Shown in pieces: positions 11,978 through 25,279 of a stretch of DNA of 64,000 nucleotides. The notes beneath the pieces were generated by a model. It did not search any database. It was given only the letters and a program-made list of their open reading frames with translations, and was not told the DNA's origin. The stretch's first letter is position 1; every line of letters begins with the position of its first letter. Position numbers and translations under genes: made by a program. Location of the stretch: contig OU015568.1 in NCBI GenBank assembly GCA_907165135.1, forward strand, positions 12,214,001 to 12,278,000, written 5' to 3'. Origin of the DNA: Oikopleura dioica (lineage: Eukaryota > Animalia > Chordata).

Positions 11978-12846
11978 CAATTGAAATGAATTAAAAATAT
12001 TGCACACACAACGATGCTCTTATTCATTTATCTTCATTAATCACTGTAGATAGACCGAATTGCAAACCTGCCTGAAATAGATTTTTGCAATTAATAAATT
12101 TAAAACGAAACTCTTTTTTCTTTTCCGTAAAATATTCCTCTGAAAGAAACGATTGTCAAAGCACCATAAAAATGACTTAAAAAGATACTGTTTAGTTTTT
12201 TTTAATGAAGATATTAGCGATTATACTGTTACACTGCAATTGGCTAATAGTTCCGATATCGTATTGGCAATCTCCTGAGTAAAGAGTCATAAATCACCGG
12301 ATCCTTCCATGCTCACCTGAGCAACCCTTCGACCAAGCTGCAATAAATATGCCTGACATTTCCAAGTTTCTCCAAATATTATTCCTGCCCCGGAAAAGAC
12401 GCGTAACTGATTTGGATATTGTCCTTCCGGAAGTCTCCATTCTGTCAAATGTTAGTAATTCCGTTGATGGTTTTGTCCACAGTTCAATCCACAGAATGCC
12501 CCACAAATTGTCAATAAACCGTGGCAAGTGTGTAATTGCCGCAAAGTACTTGCTTTATCGCGGCCAGCTGGGCCGGCCTCGGACAGCGCGCGCCACCGCT
12601 CGCTGTTCAAACTCCGCGCCAAACGCCGCGAACACTCGACCTAGCTCACCAGCGCCTGTCCAACACTCTAAGCGCGCCCTCGACGCTGAAGCAGACGGAG
12701 AAAGCTTCAGGGCTTCCATTCAGGGTACCGAATAACCTCGAGAAAGCACAGAGGCGCAAAATTTCTACCCACCCAGTTGGAAAAATTTGAGATTTTTATC
12801 GAGCAAAGAGATATGAAACTGTAAAGTCAAGACGAAAAGAAACAAA

Positions 12847-15800
12847 ATGACTATGCTTGCCCCAGTTTGCAAAACTGCGACTATCCGAAAACTAAAGAGA
12901 TCACATGCTGAATTGGAATCGCAAGAAGCCATCTGCGTCCAGCCCAGTCGACCAATTCTCCGATCAGCTTCTGTCGTCCGAACAAAGAGACTTCAGCCCA
13001 GTGTCTCCGAGACACTCTACAAGTCCTACACCGATGACCAGCCAAACAAGCTCATCTTTAACAGAGGTAAGGAGACAGTTCAATCTTAACGGGATGCAAA
13101 TCGGTTCTTTTATGGATTTTTTATGAATCTCAGAGGGACGCCCTTGAGATCAACGGGAAGTGGGTCGCCTTGCAAGAGATCTTGAAAGGCCACGGTTGGG
13201 GAGAAAGTCAAATCCTTACTATCGATTAACCCGCAGAGGCTTTGGTGAGCCGCCTCCCGCCGTGTTCACCCGAGCGCGCTTATCTTCATCAGAGCACCAG
13301 ATCTAGAGCTTCTTATAAAGAAGGCTTAGCCTAGTCTACGATCATAATGGACACAAAGACTTACACTTTTTTCCACCTGGTGGTTTTGAAATCTTCTTAT
13401 CAGGAGCCCAGATAGAATTCTAAAATTTTCGTCAACTACTCAATGAGTCTATGAACAATTAAAACCTCCTAAACCCATTTTGCGCGTTTCTTGAATCGAG
13501 AATTCAAAATATTATCAGAAGGCACTCAGCTGTGCTAAAAGCTGAAAATCGTGAATTTCCGAGCGCCTCTGAACAGCCTGGCGGGCGCTTTTTTATTCTA
13601 ATTTTCCGCAAATTTCATGCAGCGAAAAACATGCTCTGAGTGTCCCACATTGCCTCAAAGCGTTTTATTTAGGTCAGCTCAAGTTGGTTGTCTGCGGGTC
13701 TGAGAACCGATTGGCGGTCACTGTCTTGGAAGCCCGATCAATCCAGTCCAAGTTTCCAGGCACGACGATGGTCCTCGAAGCTCACCTTCTTCCCAGTCCA
13801 CATCCTGAAATGGGCCAAGTCTCAGAGCCCATCAAACCAAATGCCAGCAACATTAACAAAACATTTACATTGTAAGTTTTCCAAATAGGAAATAAACTCG
13901 CCATTTTTTATTGAAAACTTGAAGCAAATATAAAATGAGTGAATTTAGCGATATCAACGAGCGACTACAGTCTGGAACAAAGCTCTTCATTCGAGTTTAT
14001 CTCCAGAAAAAAGGCGATGCCGAGCCCAAGTTCGTCGGATGCATGTCTTTCGGCGCACGCAAGATCATCCAGGAGCAATCCATCATTAAGGTATAGTTCG
14101 TTCGGTTTTTAATCAGAGCTTATCCAGTTCAGCAGAATGTGAACTTGTGGAAAATAAAAAGGGCTCTCGTCCATGATTTAAATTTTCTGTTTTAGGGCTG
14201 GTATTATCTCCTCTCTGAGAATCTCGGCCGCAGAAAACATCTCGCAGTATCCAAGACACCGGATATTTACCCATCAGGACACGTTGCTCAAAAGATGGCG
14301 ATTCGAAAGCCCGTCCAATCCGTCTGCGACTGGTCGAATTCTACCTCTTCCAGCTCCGCTTTCTCGTCAATCGTAGCCGGAGACATCAATGGTGACCGAC
14401 GAGTTCGATGGCGCGACAACCACATGATCCCACTTCCACTTTGCTCGACACCGAAGAGCCCGCGACGAGTTCCAAGCCCTCTTTTCGAAGAAGGATTCTC
14501 GCTTCACGGACAGGACATCTCAGTTCAAGCCGAGCAGGTAATTTCCCATCGCTTTTATTTATGGCATATGCATTATTGAGTACATCGTGACTTTGTCCAG
14601 TTTCTTAAAATGTCTAAAATGCACAGCTTTTAACCGAGAAGCATTTTTTTCGCTGAATTAAAAAAGTGAGAACAAAATCGAAGAGGATCCCAAGTTTAAT
14701 TACTTGCGCTCCCCTTCTCCCTCTTCTGGGGAGCGATTATATTGTACGCGGTAAAAATAATGTACCCGCGCGTGGACTTAATTATAGCACTAGAGCACGC
14801 AATTATTAATGTTCAAGTAGCCCAGAGAGGTGTCGAGAAGTTGTGAAGAGAAAGCCACTAACCCATTGTTTCAGGTTGAAATCAAAGAGCTCACGATTCG
14901 AAGAGGATGGTGCGGTTTTGGCTTTACCCTCGTTGGTGAATGCCCGGCTAAAGTAGAAACCGTCTTTGAAGGTAAGATTTGAACAGATGAAATTAGTTTG
15001 TAAAGCAATGAGATTCGAACTGCACCCAAATAGCGACCTTTGACTCATAATTCATTCAACCTTGGTTTCACAAATTCACCCAAGGGATCGATTATTAGCG
15101 CCATTGCTGACAACTATGGCTGCCTTAGTGCCAAACCTAAAGCTGCTCCTCTTGTTTTTACGCCGAGAATAATATATTCACTATTTTTATTAAGATTGCG
15201 TCGCAGCTCAAGTTGGAGTAAAGAGCGGAGACAGCATTCTATCCGTAAACGGACAGTCTGTCGCCGAACAAAACGCCGCGAGAGTATCAGAAGCGATCCT
15301 GAGAACTGTCAGCGATCTTCACTTGGAGGTCGAGAGAGAAATCCTCAACAACGGCTCTTCCAAGTTCTCCAAACAGCGGGCACAAGAGACTCAGTCCCCT
15401 CGAAAAATTCAAAAGTTCAATTTTTCTGACGACGAAGAAGAGATCCTGGACGATGCAGGAGAGGCTTCGGCTCCTCCAAAGCCCGAAATCATGGAGGAGA
15501 GTCCACGCCAGGGACGACTTGGTGGCATGAACAATTTGCTTAAATTCGACGAATGTCTGAAACCCCTTCGTTTGCTCGCTGATGGACGCGATTTTGTCTA
15601 CTCCGGAGCTGTTTTCGCTACTATTTCAGGTAAAAATTTGATTATATCACCTTCATTTTTTTTCTCGATAAAATACAGTGATCTGGCAGCGATCATTTTA
15701 ATTCCTTCTTATCTAATGTCCGATTTAGGCGTGGCTCAACCTCAGCGAGTGTGGATCATCCTTCTCACAGACATGATGATCATCACCGAGTACGACTCCA

Positions 15801-17903
15801 TGGAGAAGCGTTATGTAATCATCGAGGAGCCCATTCGTCTTCGCCAAGTGACCTTGGACTACGAAGCTTTTGGCCCAGATGGAACACCAGATTTGACATG
15901 GAAAATCTCAATCGACGAAGAACAGGGCTTCGGACCACGAAAGTACACCTTCAAGGCTGACAGTGCTGAATTAGCCGCTATGTGGAAGTGCTCAATCAGC
16001 AGACAAATCGACCTCGCCCGACGCAGCCAAGTCGAGACAAATGATGTAAGTCCAAAAGCAAAACTATCTAGTAGATTAAAGAACTTTAATTCGATCCATT
16101 TCGCTCTACAAAATTAGACGATTTCGGCGTTTTTCGCGTTTTAGTGTTCTTATTTGCACGACCGGAGTAAAATCGTTAGAGTCAAGAGAGCGTATGGGAA
16201 TTGAACCCAATTGTATATATCTTTTCTCTCGATGCGTGCTCAATTTTGTACATACGAAATATGGCTCAAGATAGAGCAGAGCGACAGATTTTGACAAAAT
16301 ACGTTTAGAGAACCCCGTCAAGGTGCAGAAGCGAAGCTGACATGAATGCATACGACGTTGCCGCCGACTCCTTGCCACGGTAAGCCCAGTCCCATAGTTA
16401 TTCATTTTCTATCCATATTCATGAGCCTGTAAGAGTAGATAGAGGCCATATATTTTATTTGACGAGGATGATCCAGCTCATTGCTGATCAATTACCTGTT
16501 TGATATCCCGCTCCGTAGCAAAATCCTTTTCCCATTCCATTTTTCTCAGAGCAGTCCAAATACTGAGAATTAGCCCATTTATAAGAAGAATAAAAGGTAT
16601 GCCTTTTGCGGCTGTTTTTCTTAAAAAATCGAGCCAAGAAATTCAATGACAGGAAATCAGCACGTTTTTTTCCATTGACTTCCTATTGTCACAGCTACAA
16701 GTCATAACAGCGTGTGCGAAAAAAGCTTTTGCCCTTATTTGTCAATCATTGATGAAGACTGCGTAGCGGAGAAAAACGGGGACCTGGGTAGTACCTTAGA
16801 ATTATTTATTTATAACGCGACAGGGCAAAGTCAAGCTAATCTTTTTCGCTAATTTTATTCATTTTTTCTTTCAGAGGCGGATCGACAAAAAACCGAAGAA
16901 AATCCTTTGGCCCTGCTAGAATCGACCTTGCCTTCGTCAAGCTTGTTTCCGGCGCTCGAGAAACCATCAGAAACCGACGAAGAAACTCCACTACGAATGC
17001 ATTAGAGATTCCCCGCTTCTCGCCCTTTCAAGAGCAAGGAAAGTCATTTGACGAGCAACAAGAGGACGAATACTTCACCTTGAAGTCGTCCTCATCGTCA
17101 TCAAATCTCGCAGGGGCAAAGGGCCAATCCAGAAAATCCCAGCTCCAAGCAGACCATCGTTTTCTTTCCAAGCACGCGAGCAGCTCCAACCTCGACCAGA
17201 TGAACACCTCTGGCGACTCCGGCGAAGGGGCCCTCAGCGGCGAGAGAAAATCTCTTCCAGAAAAAGTTAACTTCGCCGCCACTTGGGTCAGTGCAAAGCT
17301 CCTCAAGAAGCACAGAGAACGAAAAGCCCGCCGACTGGAATCTGAGGCCAACTTGGGGCAGTTGCCTATCAACGGAACTTCCGCCCTCGACCGACTTGTC
17401 GAAAGCGACCTTTGCGCCATTCGATTGGGCCTTGCTGATACGATCGCCTGCGAAGCAAGCCTTTCAGCCTTCAGAGAATTCTTGGCCAAAGAACACTCCG
17501 AAGAGAATTTGTGCTTTTGGCTCGCTTGCGAAGAATACAAGAACTTCGAAGAACTCCGAGATGAAAAAGCGACTCAAATCCTTGAGCAGTTTATCTTGGT
17601 AAGTTTTCCAAACGATTAAAGTCTTTAACAATTGCGATAAGAAAATAATTATATTTATTCTTTGCAAATTCTTTCAAGTATTAAAACTTTCTTCAGAGCG
17701 GCGCTGAACAAGAAATCAACATCGACTCCGAGACGAAGCGCCTCGCCATTTCAGGCCTCGAAGCCTCTCCACCCGATGCGCTCTGTCTGGTCAAGGCACA
17801 AGAACACGTCTTCAAACTCATGCAGACCGATACATACATGCGTTTCCTGCGAACTCTCCCCCCACTTCCTCAAAGTACAACAAGTTCAACTTCCGTGAAC
17901 TAA
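12847..17903 (+). CDS. RGS3: Regulator of G-protein signalling 3-like, long form (C2 - PDZ - PH - RGS), multi-exon
   Basis: C2 with VGCMSFGARKII..GWYYLLSENLGRRKHL, which matches the RGS3 C2 signature. PDZ GFGFTLVG..KSGDSILSVNG. PH-like exon about 15540-16046. RGS AFREFLAKEHSEENLCFWLACEEYK..EINID..VFKLMQTDTYMRFL. Exon phases are consistent; the start exon is less sure. Confidence 0.88.
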
Positions 17904-19080
17904 TTCGGATATGCTGAATTATTCGTCACGTCTGTATATTTCCTTGTTACTGTAATTACCCATTCACTTGACATATTTCGTGGATAATATATGATTTAAG
18001 AAAACAAAAAAGTACTATTTTTGTTCTATAAAACTACATAAACTAGCTAGTCTACTAGTATTCTTAGATATTGAAATGATAGAAAACACCTTTACTTTCA
18101 TTAATACTGATAGCAAGCAGACCAAACACAAAGATAGAAAATATAGAAATGTCAAAAAGAAGAATATTTTATAATTTAAAGAAAGCGTCATATAATTTGT
18201 CCGGGAAGGATGCAATTATGAGTTTTTGAAATTGGGATTAGCTTGTGATCGAGGCGGCTTGATCTGGTCCCTTGTCATTATCGAAAACGTGTCAAATGAA
18301 TAGAGAGAGAGGAAGATGCATCTAGGGGGCCATGGTCAGCTGCTTCTGCTAAGAAGAGTCATTTCAACCTTTTCGCGATCGAGCCGCGCCGCGCCCGAAA
18401 TTTGAGAAATATTCAAAAGTAGAGAGAAAGTCGAAAGAAAACTTGTATCAAGAGATTTGAAGAATAAGAAGTTGAAAAAGGTGAATTGAAAGACTATTTC
18501 TTCTATGATTTTAAAATAAATAAAAAGTCCCTTCTTTTGTAGAAGAATCCCTTCACCACAAGTCATCTCTAAAACTGTTCTTATTCAGTTTTAATGAGCT
18601 CCAGTCAATTTTGAGTTTGAGGGCTGTTCGAGGTCAAAGTCGATAGTGCTCATTTGTATCGGCAATTTGCGGACTGTAATTGACACTGAGTTTTAGATCT
18701 AAAACTCATTTGCCTCTCATTGACCAAGGAAACGTTTTATACAGCGAGATTGAGTGCCCTTGCGTTAGGAATATTGGATGAGAAGATAGAAAAGCTTCTA
18801 ATCCCGACAAGGTAGTGGCGATCGATGATTGCTCCGAATCCTTTCTCATTTCATTTTCTTATTTCTTCGAATTTGCAATCAGAGACGAATGCAACCTTCG
18901 AAAGCTAGGCAGAAAGACTGACATTGAATGCGCTCAGAGGATGACAAATTTAATTGAGCGCCAAATTTAGCTCAATTTCGTGCTATTCAATACTTTCAAT
19001 TTGACTCACTAGGCAGCAGAGATTTTGGCACCGAGCGGTTGATTTGAAATTTTTACTCGAAAAAGGGATGATACACAGTA

Positions 19081-22000
19081 ATGGCCTGCCGTATTATCAG
19101 CTTACAATCCATCAAGGTATTATTTCTGATGTTCGATTTGAGTAAATGGACTTGTAAATGAGCGCAAATTGTAGAAACACAAAATTAAATATCGAGACAT
19201 TTTACTGCTTTGAAAATTAATATAATTCTCCGCAGAGTTCTTTTGCTAATTACGGTGCCGAATAGCGGTTTATCTCTATATGTTTCGTATAACTCGTTCC
19301 AATTGGATACGCAAGAGTAACTATATCTTCGTCGAATTCATTATATCTTGTGTAATTTTGTTCTCATCTCCGCAGTTCGTAAAGTTATCGGATAGTGAGA
19401 ACCCCCCTTTTCCAGGCCCGTGCGAAGTAGTCCCCCAGGTACGTTTTTTTTCTTGAATTAATTATAATATTACTTGATGAAATCTCTCGTTTGCCGATAA
19501 GGATATTTATCATTGGATGATTAGTAGAAGAAATTTTAATTTGCAGCATAAAATGATATTAATGTTTCTCGAAAAAAAGCCGTAAAATAAGCTGTGGGAA
19601 TTTTTTGCTACTAAAGCCTCTGCTCAAGAGTGATTTTCATTGTAATCTGGAGTAGCCTGAACTCAGTGTAGCAGCTCGCTTGCGGGGCAATTTGCTCGTG
19701 CCTCGTCGAGAAAGAGAGAGATCTGGTGAGCTCCCTGCTGAGCTTGAGAAAGACCTTGCCAGCATGATATAATTTGACCTCTCGCGACTTTCGCTGATTT
19801 TTTCCAAAAAATCCCTCTTCAAAATTTTTGAAATGACAACATACAGGCGAATTAAATGTCAGAGAAAAATCAAAGAAAATGGTTTAGATTTAGGTCTCCT
19901 CGAGGCGCTGGTTGTTGTGGTTTACATTTTATTAAGATTGGGACCTGCTGCCGGCTAATCCGATGAGTGCAACAGCTAATCCAAAAGCAAAAGAAGTCGT
20001 TATCAGAATACCTAGCTATAAATCCACTGTCACCAAGTAGGCCACCCTGTGTCTAACACATTATAACACTGTTCTTAAAGTGTCTCCGATTATAAACAAC
20101 AGCCATATCATGGATTCTGCTTCCCCCTAACTGACGGATCAAATGTGGCCAGTCCTAGGAACTCAACTGAATCAAGGATAGGCTTTGAAATCTTTATTGA
20201 AGCAGTAAAAATTATAGGAATATTACACTCGACATTTTACTACCATAAATGATTTTTCAGAACGTCATAAATAAGCCCTCTGGTTAATCCAACAAAAAAC
20301 AGCTCGTAATTCTAAATTCTCTGAGTCTTGTGACAACAAAATCCATCTGAAACTCACACTTATCCCCCCTTACCTGACCTGATCCATCAAATAATGGAGC
20401 ATGTGACGTCAGGATTCTATTGAGTGTCATCCATTAGACTGAGTGAATGGCTGTGGCCGAGTTTCTCAAAAGTTTTTTTTTTCTTTCACAATGCTCAAGT
20501 TCGATCTCCTCGAGCTCCAAACACTTACACGGATAATAGAAAGGATTAAGTTTACGCGTGGGCCGCAAACGAACAAATTTTACGGAGATAGTTAGAGATA
20601 GATATGTCGCCAAGCCAGAGAAAGTAATCCACCAGATCCGAGCAAACCATTCGTTATTACGTCTCCTCAAACTGCCAGGTATGAGTCGTCAGTAAAAGAA
20701 AAACAGTAAATGAGCTCTCATTTAAATTAAAAATTTAGGCGCACGCCTGTGCGCGTAGGAGATCCTCTCCGAATCGTCGTGCCATCCGGTTCCGCCATCG
20801 AGCTTGGCTCTCCAAAGTCCTTGAGAAGATCCACAAGTAATGAATCAAACTATTCAACGCAGTCCTACCAAAGTCAATCGTCCAATACAACGATGTATAA
20901 TCAGCAAAAGTCGCCTGTAAATGCTCAAATGCGCACATTGAATGGAAATCGCCCATTTGTCCAGACTATCAATCAGAACTCAAATGATTTGAACGGAAAT
21001 GGTCGTCCAGAGTTCAGCATCACTGTTGTTAATAATAAATCACCACAAACAGGTAAGCTTTGAATGAATGAGTAATGATTCCGGAAATTTAATTCCTACG
21101 ATTCAGGAGAGCGTAATTCAACGTCACCGTCGCCGTCGTTATCATCGTCACCGAGCAGCTCACGCACGACAAAGGCTTTTAGCTCAAATTCTGCCCTAAA
21201 TAGCTTTATTCCGCCCGAGCAGCGTACAATTTCCAAGAGGATTTCCCCACCGGGCCAGAAGGGGCTCCTCGACCGGTCGACCGCGCGAAATATCATCACT
21301 GCGCATTTGAACCAGATGGTCCCCACCAATGATAACTCAAGCCAAGGTTCTTTTATATTATTTTTGATGATTGAAATCAACGAAGAGTAAGCCTCAAAAT
21401 GAACCTTTTTGAAAGCAGTCCAACATCTCCCGGAGTCAAAGGAGCGAATAATTTGCGCAAGGCGCCAAGAGTTCACGGTCAGACTCATTCTTGGCTCGCT
21501 CAAGCTGCAGAGAGTCTTCATTATTTGGAGAAAAGCAGGAATATTGGACACAGAGATGTAGGCGAAAGCAGATCCGTTCCTTTAGAAAATCATAATAATG
21601 TAAGTTTATATTTGAATCTCAAATATCTTCGATGTACATTCTTATTGATTCTAAAATTGTTTCATAATTATTCATCACAAAACTTAAGCCAAATCATTCC
21701 CCAGTTCAACGTAGCTTATCTCAGGTAAAACGATTTTGCAGAGATTCTAATATAAATGCATGCGATTTTGAAAAAAACTTTCAATTAACAGTTTCCTTTC
21801 GTGAGATCTTACTAGTTTCCTGTTTATACCTTTGTATTTTGCGATCTATGTGTGGCTTGAATTTCTCTTTTTGTAAAAATGAAACGTTCGCTGAACTCAA
21901 ACTTATTCAGGAGCCATCAGAAAGAGCAGTTAAGATGAGAACGTCTGTTTATATTCCAAATATGTCTGGTAATTGAAGATTAATTAATATTTCTCCGTAC

Positions 22001-25000
22001 TATATTTCTCCTAAGGAAACAGCCTCGCATCACACCAGCAAGAGAGAGTCAAGCGTAGAAGAAGTCTCACAAAAACATCGATGCACGAACTTGGTGTGGA
22101 AGATTTGCGGCCATGGGCTCAGCCCCCGCCAAAATCGCCAATTCCTCCTAAATCGCCGTCGACAGATAGAACTTTGGACCCTTTCTTGGCTCTTGCCATG
22201 AAGAACATATCACCGCCGCCAGCAGAAACCACGACGAATACATCCTCTCCTGAGCCCAGAAAAAGTCCAGTGCAAAAAGTTTTGGCTCCTACCGGACCAT
22301 CAATTAAAGCTCCGAAGGTTTCGCTTGATTGTCCAGATCGCCCGACGATGCGAGCACTTTTAGATGACTTGGATAACATAACGATTCAGGAAGGTTCTAA
22401 CTACTAAGGACATTTATATGAAATTAAAATAATTTACGTTCATTTTGATTTCTCATTTCTTGATAAATATAAATCGAAACTTTGCTGAACCGTGAAAGGC
22501 GCATCAAGAAATTGATAAGTTTAAACTCGAAGATCAACGCAATAAAGCACTGAAAGAGCCAAATCCAATCACAATTCAAGTGCCAACAGTCAAGTCAAAA
22601 TTCATCCCTTCATCAATTCAACAGCAATCTTCTCAAAAGTTCCAGCAAAAACCGTCTGCAGTCCAATCTCCTCCGCCATCTTTGAAGTCAGCAGCTCTTC
22701 AGAAAAGTCCTACTCCCCAAGAAGATCAATTAACGAAGCGAACGACATCTCCTGAATTAAAACGCACTTCACCTCCGTCCCAATCGGCTCAAAATGCAAT
22801 TTCAGCACCAAAGATAATTCGTAGCTCTGTTGGAACAACTAAAACGAGCACTCAAACAGCACCATCGAAGCAAGATAAAACCTCATTTATTGGCGGATCA
22901 TCAAGACTGAGCCAGTTGAAGAACAAATTGCAGAATAAGATCAAATCAACCCCTCAAGAGCCAACAAAACCGACATCCGAAGCTCCCAAGACAGCTGCCG
23001 TTAAAATTTCACCAGTGAATTCGCCAGAGCCAGTTTCTTCGAAGTCTCCACCACCTCAAAAGGAAGCACCAGTGGAAAAGCTGAAACCGGTCGAACAACA
23101 AAAGAAAGATATCTTACCTGCTTCTTTCGCACCAGAGCCAGTGTCGCCCAAAAAAGTCGAGTTCGCAGAAAATTTGGGTTCGGTAGAAAACTCTGCACAG
23201 TCGGTCAAAGCATGGCAAGAATCTCCAGAAAGAAAAACTGCGAATATCATGGCGCAAATGATGAAAAAAGTTGCGGAAGACGAGCAAGCGAAAAGCCAGC
23301 CAAAACCAGGAGTTACTCCAGTAGCGCAAGTTGAAGCCCCTAAAAAACGACCGCAAGCAATCACCCGTCAAGAGCCGAAATCGACGGTCGAGAAAGATCT
23401 CAACAGGTTGTTGAATCCTTCATTCACACCACCGGCACAGGAATCTAAACCTGTAGCAAAATCGGCACCTTCCATACCTGCACCAACGAAGCCTCAGCAA
23501 CGACCTCTTCCGAAGAAATTTCCACCTGTTGATAAATTCCATTTCCCATTTGGAAAGCCCCGTCCAGCCGGAGAAATGAGCGGATATCTTCAAGCTATCG
23601 ACGAATACGCAAAGAAAAATAGGAAGCAAGAGTTTTTCATGAAAGACATGGGCCCGCTGGTAAAAGAAATGAAACTTCCGTATTACTGGAAGGATCCATT
23701 ATTCCGCGCGTGTGGAGGAAAGAGTGGCGGGAAAATATCCATTTTTCAACTTGGTTCGACTTGGAAAAAAATATGCGAGACGCGCTTCGATTCAGAGAGC
23801 CAGCTCATGGCCCTACTCACGAATGGGATGACGCGCAATTATTTAATTCCTAGCGACTTAACTCCTCTCATAACGGACGTCATTGAAACGCATCCTGGAC
23901 TTGAATTCCTCAGGAGTGCCCCAGAGTTTCACACTAGGTAAGTAACGACCCATTTAGGTGGTCTTCCTTGATTTCACTCTGATTTGTTGTCAGACAAAAT
24001 TGTTTTTCATGAGCGACGAAAAATTCCTTTCAACCCTCACTCAAACTTGCGCGAAAAGCCTCACCTTAACTTTGAGGCTTATCTCGTTAGCGTGTTGTTT
24101 ACATCTTACGTCGCTTTACTAAAGTAACCTTTCGCAACACTTTCTCTTAAGATACGTTACTACTGTCATTGCTCGCTTATTCTATACTGCCTCCGCCTGG
24201 AACAAAAAACTCACTCTTCCGGGGCTTCGGAAATCCGAGTTTGCACAAGTCCTGAACTCATTGGATGCGCTGGATGATATCAACAATGAGCAGCGATTCT
24301 TCAGCTATGAGCACTTCTATGTCATTTATTGCCGCTTCTGGGAGCTTGACTCCGATCATGATCTCAAAATCGGGCCTACGGATTTGTCAAAATATGGTGA
24401 TTATAGGTAGTGTTTCATTATTTTGATATTCCCTAATTGCTTTTTTTTAAGTATTTCTGTAAAAGCAATCGACCGAATTTTATCCGGCACAGTGACGACT
24501 AAACGGCGTGTAATGGAATATTCGGAATTTGTATGGTAATCTAGATTAAAAATAGCGCTATGATGTTGATTTATGAAATTCCTTTAGGTTTATAATGTCA
24601 GAAGAGGATAAAAGTACGTCAACATCGTCGGAGTATTGGTTCCGCGTGATGGATAGAGACGGGGATGGTGCAATAACGATCGACGATTTGGAGTTTTTCT
24701 ATGCTGAACAGGTTTGTCCGAGCCTTAACAGTCTTTTCTACTTCATTCTTCAGGAAACTCGACTGCGGACTCTTGGAGTAGAACCCTTACCGTTCATTGA
24801 TTTACTCTGCCTGATGCTGGATTTGGTCAAACCAGAGACGAAACACATCATAGCCCTCCGCGATCTCAAGCAATGTCGTCTTCAGCATATCTTCTTTGAT
24901 ACATTCCTCAACGCTGAAAAATATCTCGACAGGTACTTATCATTCTTTATTCAATCACAATGCGTAAACGAACCCTTTTTAGAGAGCAGCGTGAGCCTTT

Positions 25001-25079
25001 TGACGGAAATCAAGACTGGAACTGGGCTCGCTGGGCAACCGAGGAGTATTCCTTGCTTGTTGCTGATGAAGACGAATAA
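19081..25079 (+). CDS. PPP2R3A: Protein phosphatase 2A regulatory subunit B'' (PR130/PR72-like) with a long S/P/K-rich N-terminal extension
   Basis: [77 protein letters not shown] and FFDTFLNAEKYLD all match the B'' family. Paralogue assignment (A vs B) and the 5' exons upstream of about 20600 are tentative. Confidence 0.85.
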
Positions 25080-25279
25080 TTAGCTACTGTAACTTCTATT
25101 TATAAAAATATGCCACCATGCTGCCTTCTTCAATAATAAATAAATTATCTTCAGAGATTAAAATCATTTTATTCTCTACAAATCAATTTTTGGTACAGTT
25201 CATTTTACAAGCATCGTGTTTGAAGAAAAAATGCATTTTTACAGTGAATGGTCAATTATTGTTACAGTGGATGATATTT

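Noticed and set aside
12477-12506. Three CCACA motifs at 12-bp period resembling DnaA boxes
   Set aside because: Eukaryotic context, no exact TTATCCACA, and too short to distinguish from chance or a CG-x-x coding repeat.
16309-16379. MNAYDVAADSLPR as an alternative first exon of a short RGS isoform
   Set aside because: Fully explained as an internal exon with phase-0 acceptor and phase-2 donor joining PH to RGS.
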